Origin: Candidatus Saccharimonadota bacterium
GTDB lineage: Bacteria > Pseudomonadota > Gammaproteobacteria > Enterobacterales > Enterobacteriaceae
Length of the DNA: 32,000 bases
Direction of reading: 5' to 3'
NCBI RefSeq assembly: GCF_964059045.1
Contig: NZ_OZ060402.1
Location: forward strand, 120,001-152,000
The position numbers and the translations under genes are program-made. Every line of letters starts with the position of its first letter. Positions within the stretch are counted from its first letter, which is position 1. The notes beneath the pieces were generated by a model, which was not told the DNA's origin, ran no database searches, and saw only the letters and a list, made by a program, of their open reading frames with translations. Below, in pieces: positions 20,799 through 31,553 of the stretch.

Positions 20799-21287
20799 TT
20801 ATTGATGTCTTTCTAGTATTTCAAAAGAATAATCAAAAATATTTTGATTATTTGAATGATGTTTTTGATAAAAAATTCTATTCCATTTATATAAATTGTA
20901 TTGAGGAAAATATATATTACCAATGATATTTTTATGAATATGTGTTAAATATAATTTATTTGCATATTGTATTGTTTGTAAATATATGGTTCCACCACCA
21001 ATAATCATAACTTCTTGATGATTTTTTGGAATTGATAAAAATGCTTGTTGGATAGAATTAACCAATGTGATTTTTTTTATACAAATCTTTTTTTTACTAA
21101 TTACAATGTTATTTCTCATAGGTAACGGTCCAGGAAGTGATTCCCATGTTTTTCTTCCCATAATAATGCTTTTATTTAATGTATGATGCTTAAACCATGA
21201 TAAATCTTTTGGAATATACCATGGTATTTTTTGATCCTGACCTATTACAAAATTTTCAGAAAGTGCTGCAATTAAACTAATTTTCAT
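20799..21287 (-). CDS. folA: Dihydrofolate reductase
   Basis: MKISLIAAL.....IG....PW..P.DL.WFK..TL....IMGR.TWES. and the 162-aa length match FolA. It converges on apaH with only 4 bp between the stops. Confidence 0.93.
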   Translation of the reverse strand: MKISLIAALSENFVIGQDQKIPWYIPKDLSWFKHHTLNKSIIMGRKTWESLPGPLPMRNNIVISKKKICIKKITLVNSIQQAFLSIPKNHQEVMIIGGGTIYLQTIQYANKLYLTHIHKNIIGNIYFPQYNLYKWNRIFYQKHHSNNQNIFDYSFEILERHQ

Positions 21288-21357
21288 CTGTTTTGCTCAA
21301 AAATATCATTTATTAATAAATAATAATAAAATATTTATTTTTAGATATATTTTCATA

Positions 21358-24300
21358 TTATAGTTTTTTATGTAATTCTTGCAATGAGTGAATTGATTGA
21401 ATTGGAATATAATTTAATGTCATAATGGTTGCAAATGCACCATTTAAGGTAGTATCATAATGTATTTTATATTGTATTGCATGTTGAAAAATAATTCTTG
21501 AATCTTGAATAGTTTGATGTGATGAAGTAGTATTTAGAATGTAAATATATTTTCCATTTTTAAGATGATCTTGAATATTAGGTCTTCCTTCTTTAATTTT
21601 ATTTACCATTGTTGCATGAATTCCTGATTGTTTTAATACATTAAATGTACCTATAGTAGCATCAATTTTAAATCCATAATTATTTAGTTTAATTGCTAAA
21701 TTTACAATATTTTTTTTATCGGAATTTTTTACAGATAATAATACGTTTCCTGTTTTTTTCATATTTATTTGTGCTCCAGACATAGCTTTTGCAAAAGCTT
21801 CTGAAAAATTTAAACCAATACCCATTACTTCTCCAGTAGAATGCATTTCTGGTCCTAGTATAGGATTAGATCCTGGAAATTTATTAAATGGTAGAACAAC
21901 TTCTTTTACAGAATAATATGGAGGTATAATTTCTTGAATACAATTTTGTTGTAATAGTGTTTTTCCACATATAACTTTTGTTGCGATCTTTGCTAATGGT
22001 ATACCAGTAGCTTTTGATAAAAAAGGAATTGTTCTGGAAGCTCTAGGATTCACTTCAATAATATAAATTTCATTATTTTTAATAGCAAATTGTACGTTCA
22101 TAAGTCCATTAATAAACAATTCTTTTGCTAGTTTTTTGACTTGGTTTCTAATTTTGTTTTGTATGTCTTGATTTAAGGTATATGCTGGTAGTGAACAGGC
22201 AGAATCTCCTGAATGTACTCCTGCTTGTTCTATGTGTTCCATGATGCCTCCTATCAATACGTGGTTTCCATCATGAATAGCATCGACATCTATTTCAATG
22301 GCATCTTCAAGATATTGATCTAATAATATTGGTAACATTTGTTTAGAGCTATTATGAATTTTTTTAAAATATTTAATTAAATTTTTTTCATCAAAAATAA
22401 TTTTCATATCTCTACCACCTAATACATATGATGGTCTTACCATTACTGGATATCCTATATTTTTTATAAATTTAATTGCATCATCTATATTTGATGCGGT
22501 GGCATTTTTGGGTTGTTTTAATTTTAGTTTTTTCACTATTTTTTTAAAATGATTACGGTTTTCTGATTTATCAATGTCATTAGGATCAGTACCAAGAATT
22601 GGAATACCGATTTTTTTTAATTCTAATGCTAATTTTAAAGGTGTTTGTCCTCCATATTGAATAATGACACCTTTTGGTTGTTCAATCCTAATAATTTCTA
22701 ACACATGTTCTAATGTAATTGGTTCGAAATATAATCGATCAGATATATCATAATCTGTTGAAACAGTTTCAGGATTACAATTTATCATAATTGCTTGATA
22801 TTGATCCTCTTGTAATGCTTGAGCTGCATGAACACAACAGTAATCAAATTCAATTCCTTGTCCAATTCTATTTGGTCCACTGCCTAATATTATAATTTTA
22901 TTATTATCTTTTGTTGTTTTTGATTCACATTCTTCTTCCCAAGTAGAATACATATATGCGGTATTACTACAAAATTCTGCTGCACATGTATCGATGCGTT
23001 TATAGACAGGATGTAATTTAAATTGATAACGTATATTCCTAATATTTTTTTCTGTACAATTCATTAATATTGCAATACGTAAATCTGAAAATCCTTTTCT
23101 TTTTATTTGATATAATAAATCATAATTAATATCTTTTAATTTGTAATTTTTAATTTTTTTTTCAGATTCAACTAAGTCTAATATTTGTATTAAAAACCAT
23201 TTGTCAATTTTAGTTAAATAATGAACATCTTCAATTGACATATTTATTCTAAAAGCATCGGCTATATACCATATACGTTCAGCTCCAGGTACTTCTAATT
23301 CGTACTTAATTTTTTTTATATATTCAAAATGATTTTGATTAATTTTTGAATCAAAACCGCTAGCACCAATTTCTAATCCACAAATGGCTTTTTGTATCGA
23401 TTCTTGAAAAGATCGACCAATTGCCATAACTTCTCCTACCGATTTCATTTGAGTAGTTAATCGATCATTACATCCTTGAAATTTTTCAAAATTAAATCTA
23501 GGTATTTTAGTCACAATATAATCTATTGTAGGTTCAAAAGCAGCAGGCATATGAAGATTAGTGATATCGTTTTTTAATTCATCCAGGGTGTATCCAATAG
23601 CTAATTTTGCAGCAATTTTAGCTATTGGAAATCCAGTAGCTTTAGATGCTAAAGCAGATGAACGAGAAACTCTTGGGTTCATTTCAATAACAATCATTGA
23701 TCCATTATCTGGATGAATCGCAAATTGTACATTTGAACCACCATTGTTTACTCCTATTTCTTGTAAAATTTTAATTGAAGCATTTCGCATTATTTGATAT
23801 TCTTTATCAGTTAATGTTTGTGCTGGAGCGACAGTAATAGAATCTCCTGTATGAATACCCATAGGGTCTAAATTTTCAATTGAACATACAATAATACAAT
23901 TATCATTTTTATCTCTAACTACTTCCATTTCGTATTCTTTCCATCCAATAAGAGATTCGTCAATTAGAAGTTCCTGAATAGGTGATAATTTTAATCCTAT
24001 TGTGCATATTTCTTCAAACTCTTCTTTATTGTAGGCAATACCTCCTCCAGTTCCACCCATAGTAAAAGATGGTCTTATAATACAAGGAAATCCTATTTTT
24101 TTAATTATTATAAAAGCTTCTTGAAGAGTATGAGCAATTCCACATTTTGCTGTTTTTAAACCAATTTTATTCATAGATTTTTCAAATAAAGAACGGTTTT
24201 CAGCTTTATTAATAGCTTCAATAGTAGTACCAATAATTTTTACATTATATTGTAACAAAATATTTTTTTTTGCTAATTTTAGAGCACAATTTAATGCTGT

Positions 24301-24579
24301 TTGTCCACCCATGGTAGGTAATAAAGCATCTGGTTTTTCTTTTTTAATAATTTTTTTTAATGTACGCCAATTAATTGGTTCAATATATGTGACATCAGCT
24401 ATATCTGGATCAGTCATTATTGTTGCTGGATTAGAATTTACTAATATAACTCGATAATTTTCTTCTTTTAAAGCTTTACATGCTTGCGTTCCAGAATAAT
24501 CAAATTCACATGCTTGTCCAATTACAATAGGTCCAGCACCAATGATTAAAATAGATTTTATTTTAGTATTTTTTGGCAT
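21358..24579 (-). CDS. carB: Carbamoyl-phosphate synthase large subunit
   Basis: The N-terminus [58 protein letters not shown] is nearly identical to E. coli CarB ([30 protein letters not shown]...). Duplicated ATP-grasp halves are present. The track start (TTG 24591) adds four residues, RES and the initiator. I prefer ATG at 24579, preceded by gagag. Confidence 0.96.
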   Translation of the reverse strand: MPKNTKIKSILIIGAGPIVIGQACEFDYSGTQACKALKEENYRVILVNSNPATIMTDPDIADVTYIEPINWRTLKKIIKKEKPDALLPTMGGQTALNCALKLAKKNILLQYNVKIIGTTIEAINKAENRSLFEKSMNKIGLKTAKCGIAHTLQEAFIIIKKIGFPCIIRPSFTMGGTGGGIAYNKEEFEEICTIGLKLSPIQELLIDESLIGWKEYEMEVVRDKNDNCIIVCSIENLDPMGIHTGDSITVAPAQTLTDKEYQIMRNASIKILQEIGVNNGGSNVQFAIHPDNGSMIVIEMNPRVSRSSALASKATGFPIAKIAAKLAIGYTLDELKNDITNLHMPAAFEPTIDYIVTKIPRFNFEKFQGCNDRLTTQMKSVGEVMAIGRSFQESIQKAICGLEIGASGFDSKINQNHFEYIKKIKYELEVPGAERIWYIADAFRINMSIEDVHYLTKIDKWFLIQILDLVESEKKIKNYKLKDINYDLLYQIKRKGFSDLRIAILMNCTEKNIRNIRYQFKLHPVYKRIDTCAAEFCSNTAYMYSTWEEECESKTTKDNNKIIILGSGPNRIGQGIEFDYCCVHAAQALQEDQYQAIMINCNPETVSTDYDISDRLYFEPITLEHVLEIIRIEQPKGVIIQYGGQTPLKLALELKKIGIPILGTDPNDIDKSENRNHFKKIVKKLKLKQPKNATASNIDDAIKFIKNIGYPVMVRPSYVLGGRDMKIIFDEKNLIKYFKKIHNSSKQMLPILLDQYLEDAIEIDVDAIHDGNHVLIGGIMEHIEQAGVHSGDSACSLPAYTLNQDIQNKIRNQVKKLAKELFINGLMNVQFAIKNNEIYIIEVNPRASRTIPFLSKATGIPLAKIATKVICGKTLLQQNCIQEIIPPYYSVKEVVLPFNKFPGSNPILGPEMHSTGEVMGIGLNFSEAFAKAMSGAQINMKKTGNVLLSVKNSDKKNIVNLAIKLNNYGFKIDATIGTFNVLKQSGIHATMVNKIKEGRPNIQDHLKNGKYIYILNTTSSHQTIQDSRIIFQHAIQYKIHYDTTLNGAFATIMTLNYIPIQSIHSLQELHKKL

Positions 24580-24607
24580 AGATTCTCTCAATAAGATATT
24601 TATACAT

Positions 24608-25750
24608 TTATTTTATAGTAAGTATTGATTTAATAAAATTATCAAATAAATACGATGTATCATGTGGTCCTGGACTAGATTCTGGATGTCCTTGAAAACC
24701 AAAGATGGGTTTATCAATCCAACTGATTCCTTGTATACTATTATCAAATAATGAAATATGTGTAATTTTTATTGTTTTTGGTAAGTTAATATGATCAATT
24801 GTAAAACCATGATTTTGAGTAGTAATCATAACTCGGTTTGTATCAATTTCTTTTACAGGATGATTGCTTCCATGATGACCGAATTTCATTTTGATAATAT
24901 TAGCTCCATTGGCTAATGCGAGTAATTGATGACCGAGACAAATACCAAACATAGGTATATTTATTTTAAAAAATTTTTTTATATTTCGAATAGCATAGTT
25001 ACATATTCTTGGATCTCCTGGTCCGTTTGAAAAAAATATTCCATCTGGTATTAATTTTATTACTTTTTCAAATGTAGTATTAGCAGGTACTATCGTTAAA
25101 TAACAATTTCGATTTAATAACATATTAATGATATTTTTTTTTACTCCAAAATCATATACAACAATATGTAAATATTTTTTTTTTATATTACTTGGTATCA
25201 AGTTTATTTTTATAATATCGTTTTTTGTTTTAATCAAAGTATAAATATTTTTTGTACTAACTTGTTTAGCTAAATCATTTATTCTTGTTTTTGTGTACAT
25301 TTTTAATTTTTCATATGCATTATCATTAATTTTTTGTTGTTTTGAATAAGTTTGAATATATCCATTTTGAGATCCTTTGTTTCTTAAAATATGAGTTAAT
25401 TTTCTTGTATCAATATTAGTTATTGCAATAATTTTATTTTTTTTTAAATAACTATCGAAATTTTGTTTACTTTTATAATTACTAGCTATTAGAGATAAAT
25501 TGCGAATTATAATACCTTTAATATAAATTTTTTCTGATTCATAATCTTCAGTATTGATTCCTACATTTCCAATATGAGGATAGGTGAATGTAATAATTTG
25601 TTCTGAATAAGATGGATCAGTTATAATTTCTTGATAACCAGTCATAGAAGTGTTAAAAACTACCTCTCCTATTGCATAGCCATTTTCTCCTATAGAATCT
25701 CCTTTGAAAATATTTCCATCTTCTAATATTAATATTCCCGATTTGTCCAA
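24608..25750 (-). CDS. carA: Carbamoyl-phosphate synthase small (glutaminase) subunit, TTG start
   Basis: [34 protein letters not shown], the catalytic [10 protein letters not shown] and [14 protein letters not shown] are present. There is no ATG at the N-terminus. The frame opens after a stop at 25766-25768 and offers TTG at 25762 (the track start) and TTG at 25750. GGAG at 25760-25757 lies 6 nt before the second TTG, which also matches the E. coli N-terminal length. E. coli carA is known to start on UUG. Confidence 0.95.
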   Translation of the reverse strand: MDKSGILILEDGNIFKGDSIGENGYAIGEVVFNTSMTGYQEIITDPSYSEQIITFTYPHIGNVGINTEDYESEKIYIKGIIIRNLSLIASNYKSKQNFDSYLKKNKIIAITNIDTRKLTHILRNKGSQNGYIQTYSKQQKINDNAYEKLKMYTKTRINDLAKQVSTKNIYTLIKTKNDIIKINLIPSNIKKKYLHIVVYDFGVKKNIINMLLNRNCYLTIVPANTTFEKVIKLIPDGIFFSNGPGDPRICNYAIRNIKKFFKINIPMFGICLGHQLLALANGANIIKMKFGHHGSNHPVKEIDTNRVMITTQNHGFTIDHINLPKTIKITHISLFDNSIQGISWIDKPIFGFQGHPESSPGPHDTSYLFDNFIKSILTIK

Positions 25751-25888
25751 AGTATTCTCCAATAATTAATTTTTTTTTAATGTTGTTTGAATTATTTTAG
25801 TTTTGATTAATTATAATGTAGAATAAGGATTCTGTACTAATAGTTCTTAATAAATTTAATGCATATAATTAAATTGTTTATTATTTAT

Positions 25889-25935
25889 ATTATATATTTT
25901 AATGATCATTTAGAATGATCATTAAAATATATAAT
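25889..25935. repeat. 47-bp perfect hairpin (22-bp arms, 3-nt loop) between the dapB 3' end and the carA 5' end
   Basis: Positions 25889-25910 are the exact reverse complement of 25914-25935 (atatatattttaatgatcatt / aatgatcattaaaatatatat). The loop is tag. It lies 43 nt beyond the dapB stop and 139 nt upstream of the carA start. No T-run follows on the minus strand, so it is not a canonical terminator. Confidence 0.9.
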
Positions 25936-25977
25936 TAATTTTTTATATATATATTATTACTATATTATTACTAATAT

Positions 25978-26736
25978 TTATATTATTTCTAATACATCTT
26001 GCATATTAAATAATCCTTTATGTTGATTTTTCAACCAACAAGCGGCTTGAATAGCTCCATGGGCAAAAATTGTTCTATTTTGTGCACGATGGGTAATTTC
26101 TATTCTTTCTCCAGCATGAGTATATATTATTGTATGATCTCCAGTTATATTTCCCATTCTTAGAGATGAAATTTCTATTTTCTTATCATCTTGAATATTT
26201 TTTTGGATAACTTCTTTTATAGTTATAGCTGTTCCAGAAGGTTTATCAAGTTTTTTATTATGATGAGTTTCGATAATTGCAATATCTGAATTTTTACCTA
26301 TAATTTTTGTTGTCTGCTGTAGTAATTTGTATACAATATTCATGCCAATGCTAAAGTTATAAGATAAGACAATACCTATCTTTTTAGCTGCATTTTGAAT
26401 GATATTTTTTTCTATTGTATTAAATCCTGTAGTGCCAATGATTATTTTTTTATTATATAAAGTGCAATATTGAATGTATTCTGAGATATTTTTTGGATGG
26501 GTAAAATCAATCAATATATCAAAATCTGAATTTTTAGATTTTAAATTTTTACTAAGTTTAACATAATTTTCTTTACCATTGATAATTTTACCTACATCTT
26601 CCCCTATAAGGTCATCATGGTGTTGAGTTAACGCGACAGTAAGTTTTAAATTTTTATTTTTTTCAATTTCTTGAATAAGAATTGAACCCATTCTGCCTAA
26701 TGCTCCAGAAATTGCAATTTTGATAGTATTGGTCAT
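25978..26736 (-). CDS. dapB: 4-hydroxy-tetrahydrodipicolinate reductase
   Basis: It has the N-terminal Rossmann motif I.I.GA.GRMG and the blocks DF.T.P, IGTTG, NFS.G.N, E.HH..K.D.PSGTA and HR...R..FA.GA..AA.W. It is 252 aa long. Confidence 0.93.
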   Translation of the reverse strand: MTNTIKIAISGALGRMGSILIQEIEKNKNLKLTVALTQHHDDLIGEDVGKIINGKENYVKLSKNLKSKNSDFDILIDFTHPKNISEYIQYCTLYNKKIIIGTTGFNTIEKNIIQNAAKKIGIVLSYNFSIGMNIVYKLLQQTTKIIGKNSDIAIIETHHNKKLDKPSGTAITIKEVIQKNIQDDKKIEISSLRMGNITGDHTIIYTHAGERIEITHRAQNRTIFAHGAIQAACWLKNQHKGLFNMQDVLEII

Positions 26737-26804
26737 TTTTTTAGATCCTGTTATTGTTTATTTTTGTTTGTTAAATTTAATTTTATTTATTTAAAATTAT
26801 TAAT

Positions 26805-26830
26805 ACAATGATATTATCTTTTATCATTGT
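26805..26830. terminator. Small hairpin downstream of lspA (weak terminator candidate)
   Basis: acaatgata (26805-26813) pairs with tatcattgt (26822-26830), a 9-bp stem with an 8-nt loop. The T-run (tttgatt) is on the plus-strand side, not on the lspA sense side. Confidence 0.3.
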
Positions 26831-26907
26831 TTTGATTATACAATTATTATTTTTTGTTTTAAAAAGTATTTTATAAATAAATATTTTGATTTAATATAAT
26901 TAGTTGA

Positions 26908-27393
26908 TTATTTATTTTTCATATAAGATTTAATATCAAATTTAGTTATTTGGATGATTCCTATTAGGATACTAATATCTGCAAGATTAAATATAAAAAA
27001 ATGATAATTGTATAAATGTAAATCAATAAAATCTATTATGAATCCATAATATAATTTACTAATAATATTTGCTATCCCACCACTAAAAATCATTATGTAG
27101 TAATAATTATCTTTTTTATTATTTTTTTTTTGATGTTTTATGAATAATATTATTAGTAAAAATAATGCATTTATCATGAATAATTCATTGATTATTGCAT
27201 GATTATAATCAAATAAATTAAATGCTAATCCATAATTATGAACATGTAATATATTAAAGATTGGTAATATATATATATGTTCATATAGTTTTATATTTTT
27301 TAGTATCCAGTATTTAGTATAAATATCTAATATCAATATAATACAAAAAATTAAAATATATTTTTTATTAACAATAATATCTTGTTTCACCAT
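26908..27393 (-). CDS. lspA: Lipoprotein signal peptidase (signal peptidase II)
   Basis: The 161-aa ORF is collinear with E. coli LspA, including ILD..TKY, N.G.AF, the conserved Asp-containing blocks GFIIDFID and FNLADI, and the same spacing from Met1 to the first conserved Asp. Its start overlaps the ileS 3' end by 26 nt. Confidence 0.9.
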   Translation of the reverse strand: MVKQDIIVNKKYILIFCIILILDIYTKYWILKNIKLYEHIYILPIFNILHVHNYGLAFNLFDYNHAIINELFMINALFLLIILFIKHQKKNNKKDNYYYIMIFSGGIANIISKLYYGFIIDFIDLHLYNYHFFIFNLADISILIGIIQITKFDIKSYMKNK

Positions 27394-30181
27394 TGCCTTC
27401 TATATTTAATATACATCGGAAACATAATTCTGATTTTTGTTTTTTTTGGTTTATATCGGTAAAATAATGCCAACATCGTTGACATTTGTGACCATTAGCA
27501 CGGTATAAATATATTTTTAATCCTGGAATAATATTATTTTTTAAAATATTTTTTGGAGCTAAATGATATTCTTGAATAGTAGCATCAGAAGTTAAAAATA
27601 TAAATTTTAATTCATTTTTTAATATTGATAATATATTAAATAAATTAGATTTAACATAAAGGATTATAGAAGATTCTAATGAGTTTTTTATGATTTTTTT
27701 ATTTCTTTTATTTTCTATGCTTTTATTGACTTCATTTTTAATTTGAATAATTATATTCCAATATTGATTAGACAGGACTTCATTTTTTGATAAATAAAAT
27801 AAATTTTTATACCATTCTTGAAAAAATATTGAATTATTATTACCTGGTATATGTTCCCAAATTTCTTCTGCAGTAAACGATAAAATTGGAGCAATCCAAC
27901 GTACTAGAGCATTAATTATATGAAACAAAGCCGTTTGTCCGCTAAGATTAGCTAAACTCTTTTTTTTCGTGGTATATTGTCGATCTTTAATGATTTCAAA
28001 ATAGAATGCACTCATATCAACAGAACAAAAATTCATAATTTTTTGTAATAATTCATGAAAGTTATATTTTTTGTATAATTTAATAATTTCTATTTGTGTT
28101 TCTTTAGTTTTATTCACAGCCCATTTATCTAACATGATCATCTTATCTTTGTGAACAATATTTTGTTCTGGGTCAAATTGATATAAATTAGATAAAATAA
28201 AACGTGCTGTGTTTCTAATTTTTCGATAGTTTTCTATTGATTGTTGTAAGATTTCATTAGATATAGATATATCTTTAGAATAATCTGTAGAAGCTACCCA
28301 TAAACGTAAAACATCTGCTCCGATAGTTTTAATGATATGATTAGGACTCAGAGAATTTCCTGTAGATTTAGACATTTTTTTGCCAATATTATCTACTGCA
28401 AAACCATGTGTTAAAACTGCATGATAAGGAGCAGTATTCTTAATAGCTGTAGAAATTATTAATGAAGACATAAACCAACCTCTATGTTGATCAGATCCTT
28501 CTACATAAATATCTGCTTTTTTTTTATTTTTAAAAATTGGTTGATTAATTACAAAGTTTTGACTAGAACCAGAATCAAACCATACATCTAATATATCTTC
28601 ACTTTTGAAATATTCTTTGTATTTTTCTCCTAGTATTTTTTTTGTATCTATATTCCACCATTCCTCAATTCCATTAATTTCAACTAATTTTGCTATTTTT
28701 TCCATAATATTTTTAGTTTTTGGATGTAATTCTCCTGTTTTTTTATGAATAAATAATGTGATAGGGACACCCCATTTTCTTTGTCTTGAAATACACCAAT
28801 CAGGTCTATTTTTTAACATCGACAGCATTCTATTTTTACCCCATTCTGGTATCCATTTGACCTTGTCAATTAATTTTAAGGAATTTAATTTTAATTGTTT
28901 TTTTGTCATGCTAATAAACCATTGTGGTGTAGTGCGAAATATAATTGGTGTTTTATGTCTCCAACAATGGGGGTAACTATGGTTGATTGTTTCTATTAAT
29001 AATAATATGTTTTTATTGTTGATTATTTTAATAATTATTGTTTCAGCATTAATTATATTTATGCCATTTAATTCAGAATGGATGTTATTAATATATGTTC
29101 CATTTGCATTAATTAAATTTATTGGTTTAATTTTATATGGTTGTGTTGCTAAAAAATCTTCTATTCCATGATCAGGAGCAATATGTACGATTCCGGTTCC
29201 TATTTGATCTGATACATGTGTAGATAGTATGATAGGTATATTAATATTTAGTAATGGGTGTTGAACATTTTCAAATTCAAGATTTTTTCCATTAGTTTCT
29301 CCAATAATTTTCCATTTTTTAATTTTTATTTTTTGCATGATTAATTTAGTTAAATTTGACATAATAATTAATTTACAATCATCTGTTTGAATTAATTGAT
29401 ATGTGTATTTTTCATTAACAGCAATTGCTTGACTGGAAGGTAATGTCCATGGTGTTGTAGTCCATACTGTAAAATGTATATCATTTTGAAAATTTTTTAT
29501 TTTAAATTTTTTTGCAATAGATTGATTATCGTGAACTTTTAATTTAAATAATATTGATGATGATTTTTTATCATAGTATTCTACTTCAGCATCTGCTAAA
29601 GATGATTCACAATTTAAACACCAATGAACTGGTTTTAATCCTTTATATAAGTGTCCATTTTCAATAATTTTAGATAGTGTACGTATAATATCTGCTTCAG
29701 ATTTATAATCCATGGTTAAATAAGGATTATCCCAATCTCCTAAAACACCTAATCTGATAAAATCTTTTTTTTGATTTTCCACTTGTTTTTTTGCATATTC
29801 TCTGCATTTTTCTCTAAATATTTTTTTTGAAATTGGTTTGTTATTTTTTTTGATTAGTTCTTCTACTTTTTGTTCAATTGGTAATCCATGACAATCCCAG
29901 CAAGGTATGTAAGGAGCATTAAATCCAGACATATTTTTTGATTTCAGAATAATATCTTTTAATACTTTATTAATAGCGTGGCCAATATGAATATTTCCAT
30001 TTGCATAAGGAGGACCATCATGAAGAAAAAATATTGGGTTGTTATTTTTTTGAATTCTAATTTTTTCATATAAATTATTTTGGTTCCATTGTTTTAGTAT
30101 TTGTTCTTCTTTGATTTTTAAATTACCTTTCATAGAAAATTTTGTTTTTGGTAAATTTAGTGTGGATTTATAATCATTCAT
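27368..30181 (-). CDS. ileS: Isoleucine--tRNA ligase
   Basis: The 937-aa ORF carries the class I HIGH motif (PPYANGNIHIGHA), the KMSKS motif (GKKMSKSTGN) and the C-terminal zinc cluster (C.RCW......C.RC). Confidence 0.97.
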   Translation of the reverse strand: MNDYKSTLNLPKTKFSMKGNLKIKEEQILKQWNQNNLYEKIRIQKNNNPIFFLHDGPPYANGNIHIGHAINKVLKDIILKSKNMSGFNAPYIPCWDCHGLPIEQKVEELIKKNNKPISKKIFREKCREYAKKQVENQKKDFIRLGVLGDWDNPYLTMDYKSEADIIRTLSKIIENGHLYKGLKPVHWCLNCESSLADAEVEYYDKKSSSILFKLKVHDNQSIAKKFKIKNFQNDIHFTVWTTTPWTLPSSQAIAVNEKYTYQLIQTDDCKLIIMSNLTKLIMQKIKIKKWKIIGETNGKNLEFENVQHPLLNINIPIILSTHVSDQIGTGIVHIAPDHGIEDFLATQPYKIKPINLINANGTYINNIHSELNGINIINAETIIIKIINNKNILLLIETINHSYPHCWRHKTPIIFRTTPQWFISMTKKQLKLNSLKLIDKVKWIPEWGKNRMLSMLKNRPDWCISRQRKWGVPITLFIHKKTGELHPKTKNIMEKIAKLVEINGIEEWWNIDTKKILGEKYKEYFKSEDILDVWFDSGSSQNFVINQPIFKNKKKADIYVEGSDQHRGWFMSSLIISTAIKNTAPYHAVLTHGFAVDNIGKKMSKSTGNSLSPNHIIKTIGADVLRLWVASTDYSKDISISNEILQQSIENYRKIRNTARFILSNLYQFDPEQNIVHKDKMIMLDKWAVNKTKETQIEIIKLYKKYNFHELLQKIMNFCSVDMSAFYFEIIKDRQYTTKKKSLANLSGQTALFHIINALVRWIAPILSFTAEEIWEHIPGNNNSIFFQEWYKNLFYLSKNEVLSNQYWNIIIQIKNEVNKSIENKRNKKIIKNSLESSIILYVKSNLFNILSILKNELKFIFLTSDATIQEYHLAPKNILKNNIIPGLKIYLYRANGHKCQRCWHYFTDINQKKQKSELCFRCILNIEGNGETRYYC

Positions 30182-30644
30182 ATATTATTTTCTCTTTTTT
30201 AATATTTTTAAAAATATTTTTATAATTATATTTTTAAAAATTTTTGATACTGGTATACATAAAAATTACAATAAAATGATTATTTTATAAAAAAAATTAT
30301 TTTATTAATAATATGGTTTTAATAAAAAATTTATTAACATAAAATTCAGAAAAAATGTTATTTAAAATTATTTTTGTATATATTAATTTTGTTTTTATTG
30401 ATATAAATTTTTTATTTATTTTATCATAAATAATCAATTAAAATTATTGATAGATTTATTAATATAATTTTGTTTTAAAAAAATTTTAAAACAAATATTT
30501 TTAGAATTTTTTCAATAGTCAATGGATTTTTTTTTGAATAATAATACTAATTTAAAATTTTTATTAGATTTTTTATTTTATATTTTAGTACTACTAATGA
30601 TGATTTTTTTGGAACATTTATTAATTTTTATTATATATTATTTA

Positions 30645-30662
30645 TTTTTTTTTTTTTTTTTT
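30645..30662. repeat. T18 homopolymer in the ileS-rpsT spacer
   Basis: I counted 18 consecutive T directly from the sequence (30645-30662). A T13 run lies at 31021-31033, and several T8-T9 runs are nearby, all on the plus strand. Confidence 0.95.
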
Positions 30663-31289
30663 ATAATTCAAAGTTTTTTATGTTGTTGTATTAAAATAAA
30701 GATCATCAAGAACAATTAGATAAGAAATATGTAATTATTCTAATAAAAGTCGATGAATAAAAATTATTATTTTTCATGATAAAAAATAAATATAATAATT
30801 TATATATGATATATAAATTTATATTTTTAGATTTCTTGTTTTTTTTTAGATTTGTTTTAAAATAGTTTATTTTTTAATTTTTTAAATAATTTTAATAGTT
30901 TTTTTGAAAACAATATTACTATAATTTTTTGATTTATTGTTTTTTATTTTTATTTTTTTCAAGAAATTTTTGAATTAGAGTTATATTCTATAAAATTTTT
31001 TTTAAAAAAATATGATTTTATTTTTTTTTTTTTGATATAATTGATGTTATTTATTTATTTTATAATAAATTGAATGTTAAATATTTTTTTTTCAACAATT
31101 TTTATTTTTATTTTTTTTTGATTTTTATATAATTTAATTATAATTAATTTTTTATATTTTATATAGAATTTTTTTTAAAATGAGTATATTCTCTTTTTAA
31201 AAACATTTAATTAATAATAAATTATTCATTAATAAAAAATTATTGATTGTTGTTGTGAAAATTATAATAAAAATACAAGAAGAACAAAA

Positions 31290-31553
31290 ATGGCTAATAT
31301 AAAATCATCTAAAAGAGATGCAACTTTATCTAAGAAAAAAAATATTCATAATGTTAGTAGGCGTTCTATGATTCGTACATTAATTAAAAGAGTTTATATG
31401 GCTATTGATTCAGGCGATAAAAATCAATCAGAAATCGCATTTAAAAAAATGCAGCCTGAATTGGATAGACAAGCAAATAAAGGTTTAATTCACAAAAATA
31501 AATCTGCTAGACATAAATCAAATCTAATATTACAAATAAAAAAATTATCTTAA
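31290..31553 (+). CDS. rpsT: 30S ribosomal protein S20
   Basis: [28 protein letters not shown] followed by [14 protein letters not shown] is collinear with E. coli S20. It is 87 aa long. Confidence 0.95.
   Translation: MANIKSSKRDATLSKKKNIHNVSRRSMIRTLIKRVYMAIDSGDKNQSEIAFKKMQPELDRQANKGLIHKNKSARHKSNLILQIKKLS

Noticed and set aside
24580-24591. The TTG start at 24591 for carB
   Set aside because: ATG at 24579 gives [11 protein letters not shown], matching E. coli MPKRTDIKSIL, and is preceded by gagag. The four extra codons are unsupported.
28758-29171. Two plus-strand ORFs (72 aa and 62 aa) antisense to ileS
   Set aside because: Both lie inside the conserved ileS frame, and their translations are hydrophobic low-complexity sequence.
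30201-30218. An 18-bp perfect palindrome, aatatttttaaaaatatt, just upstream of the ileS start
   Set aside because: It is an A5/T5 low-complexity motif. Similar short A/T palindromes (for example tttattaataaa in the 21288-21357 spacer and a 23-bp palindrome at 30797-30819) are frequent and expected by chance.
30522-30719. A 65-aa ORF in the ileS-rpsT spacer
   Set aside because: Its translation is dominated by a poly-Phe run produced by the T18 homopolymer. It has no Shine-Dalgarno sequence and no similarity to anything I recognise, and it lies on the strand opposite the expected ribF relic.
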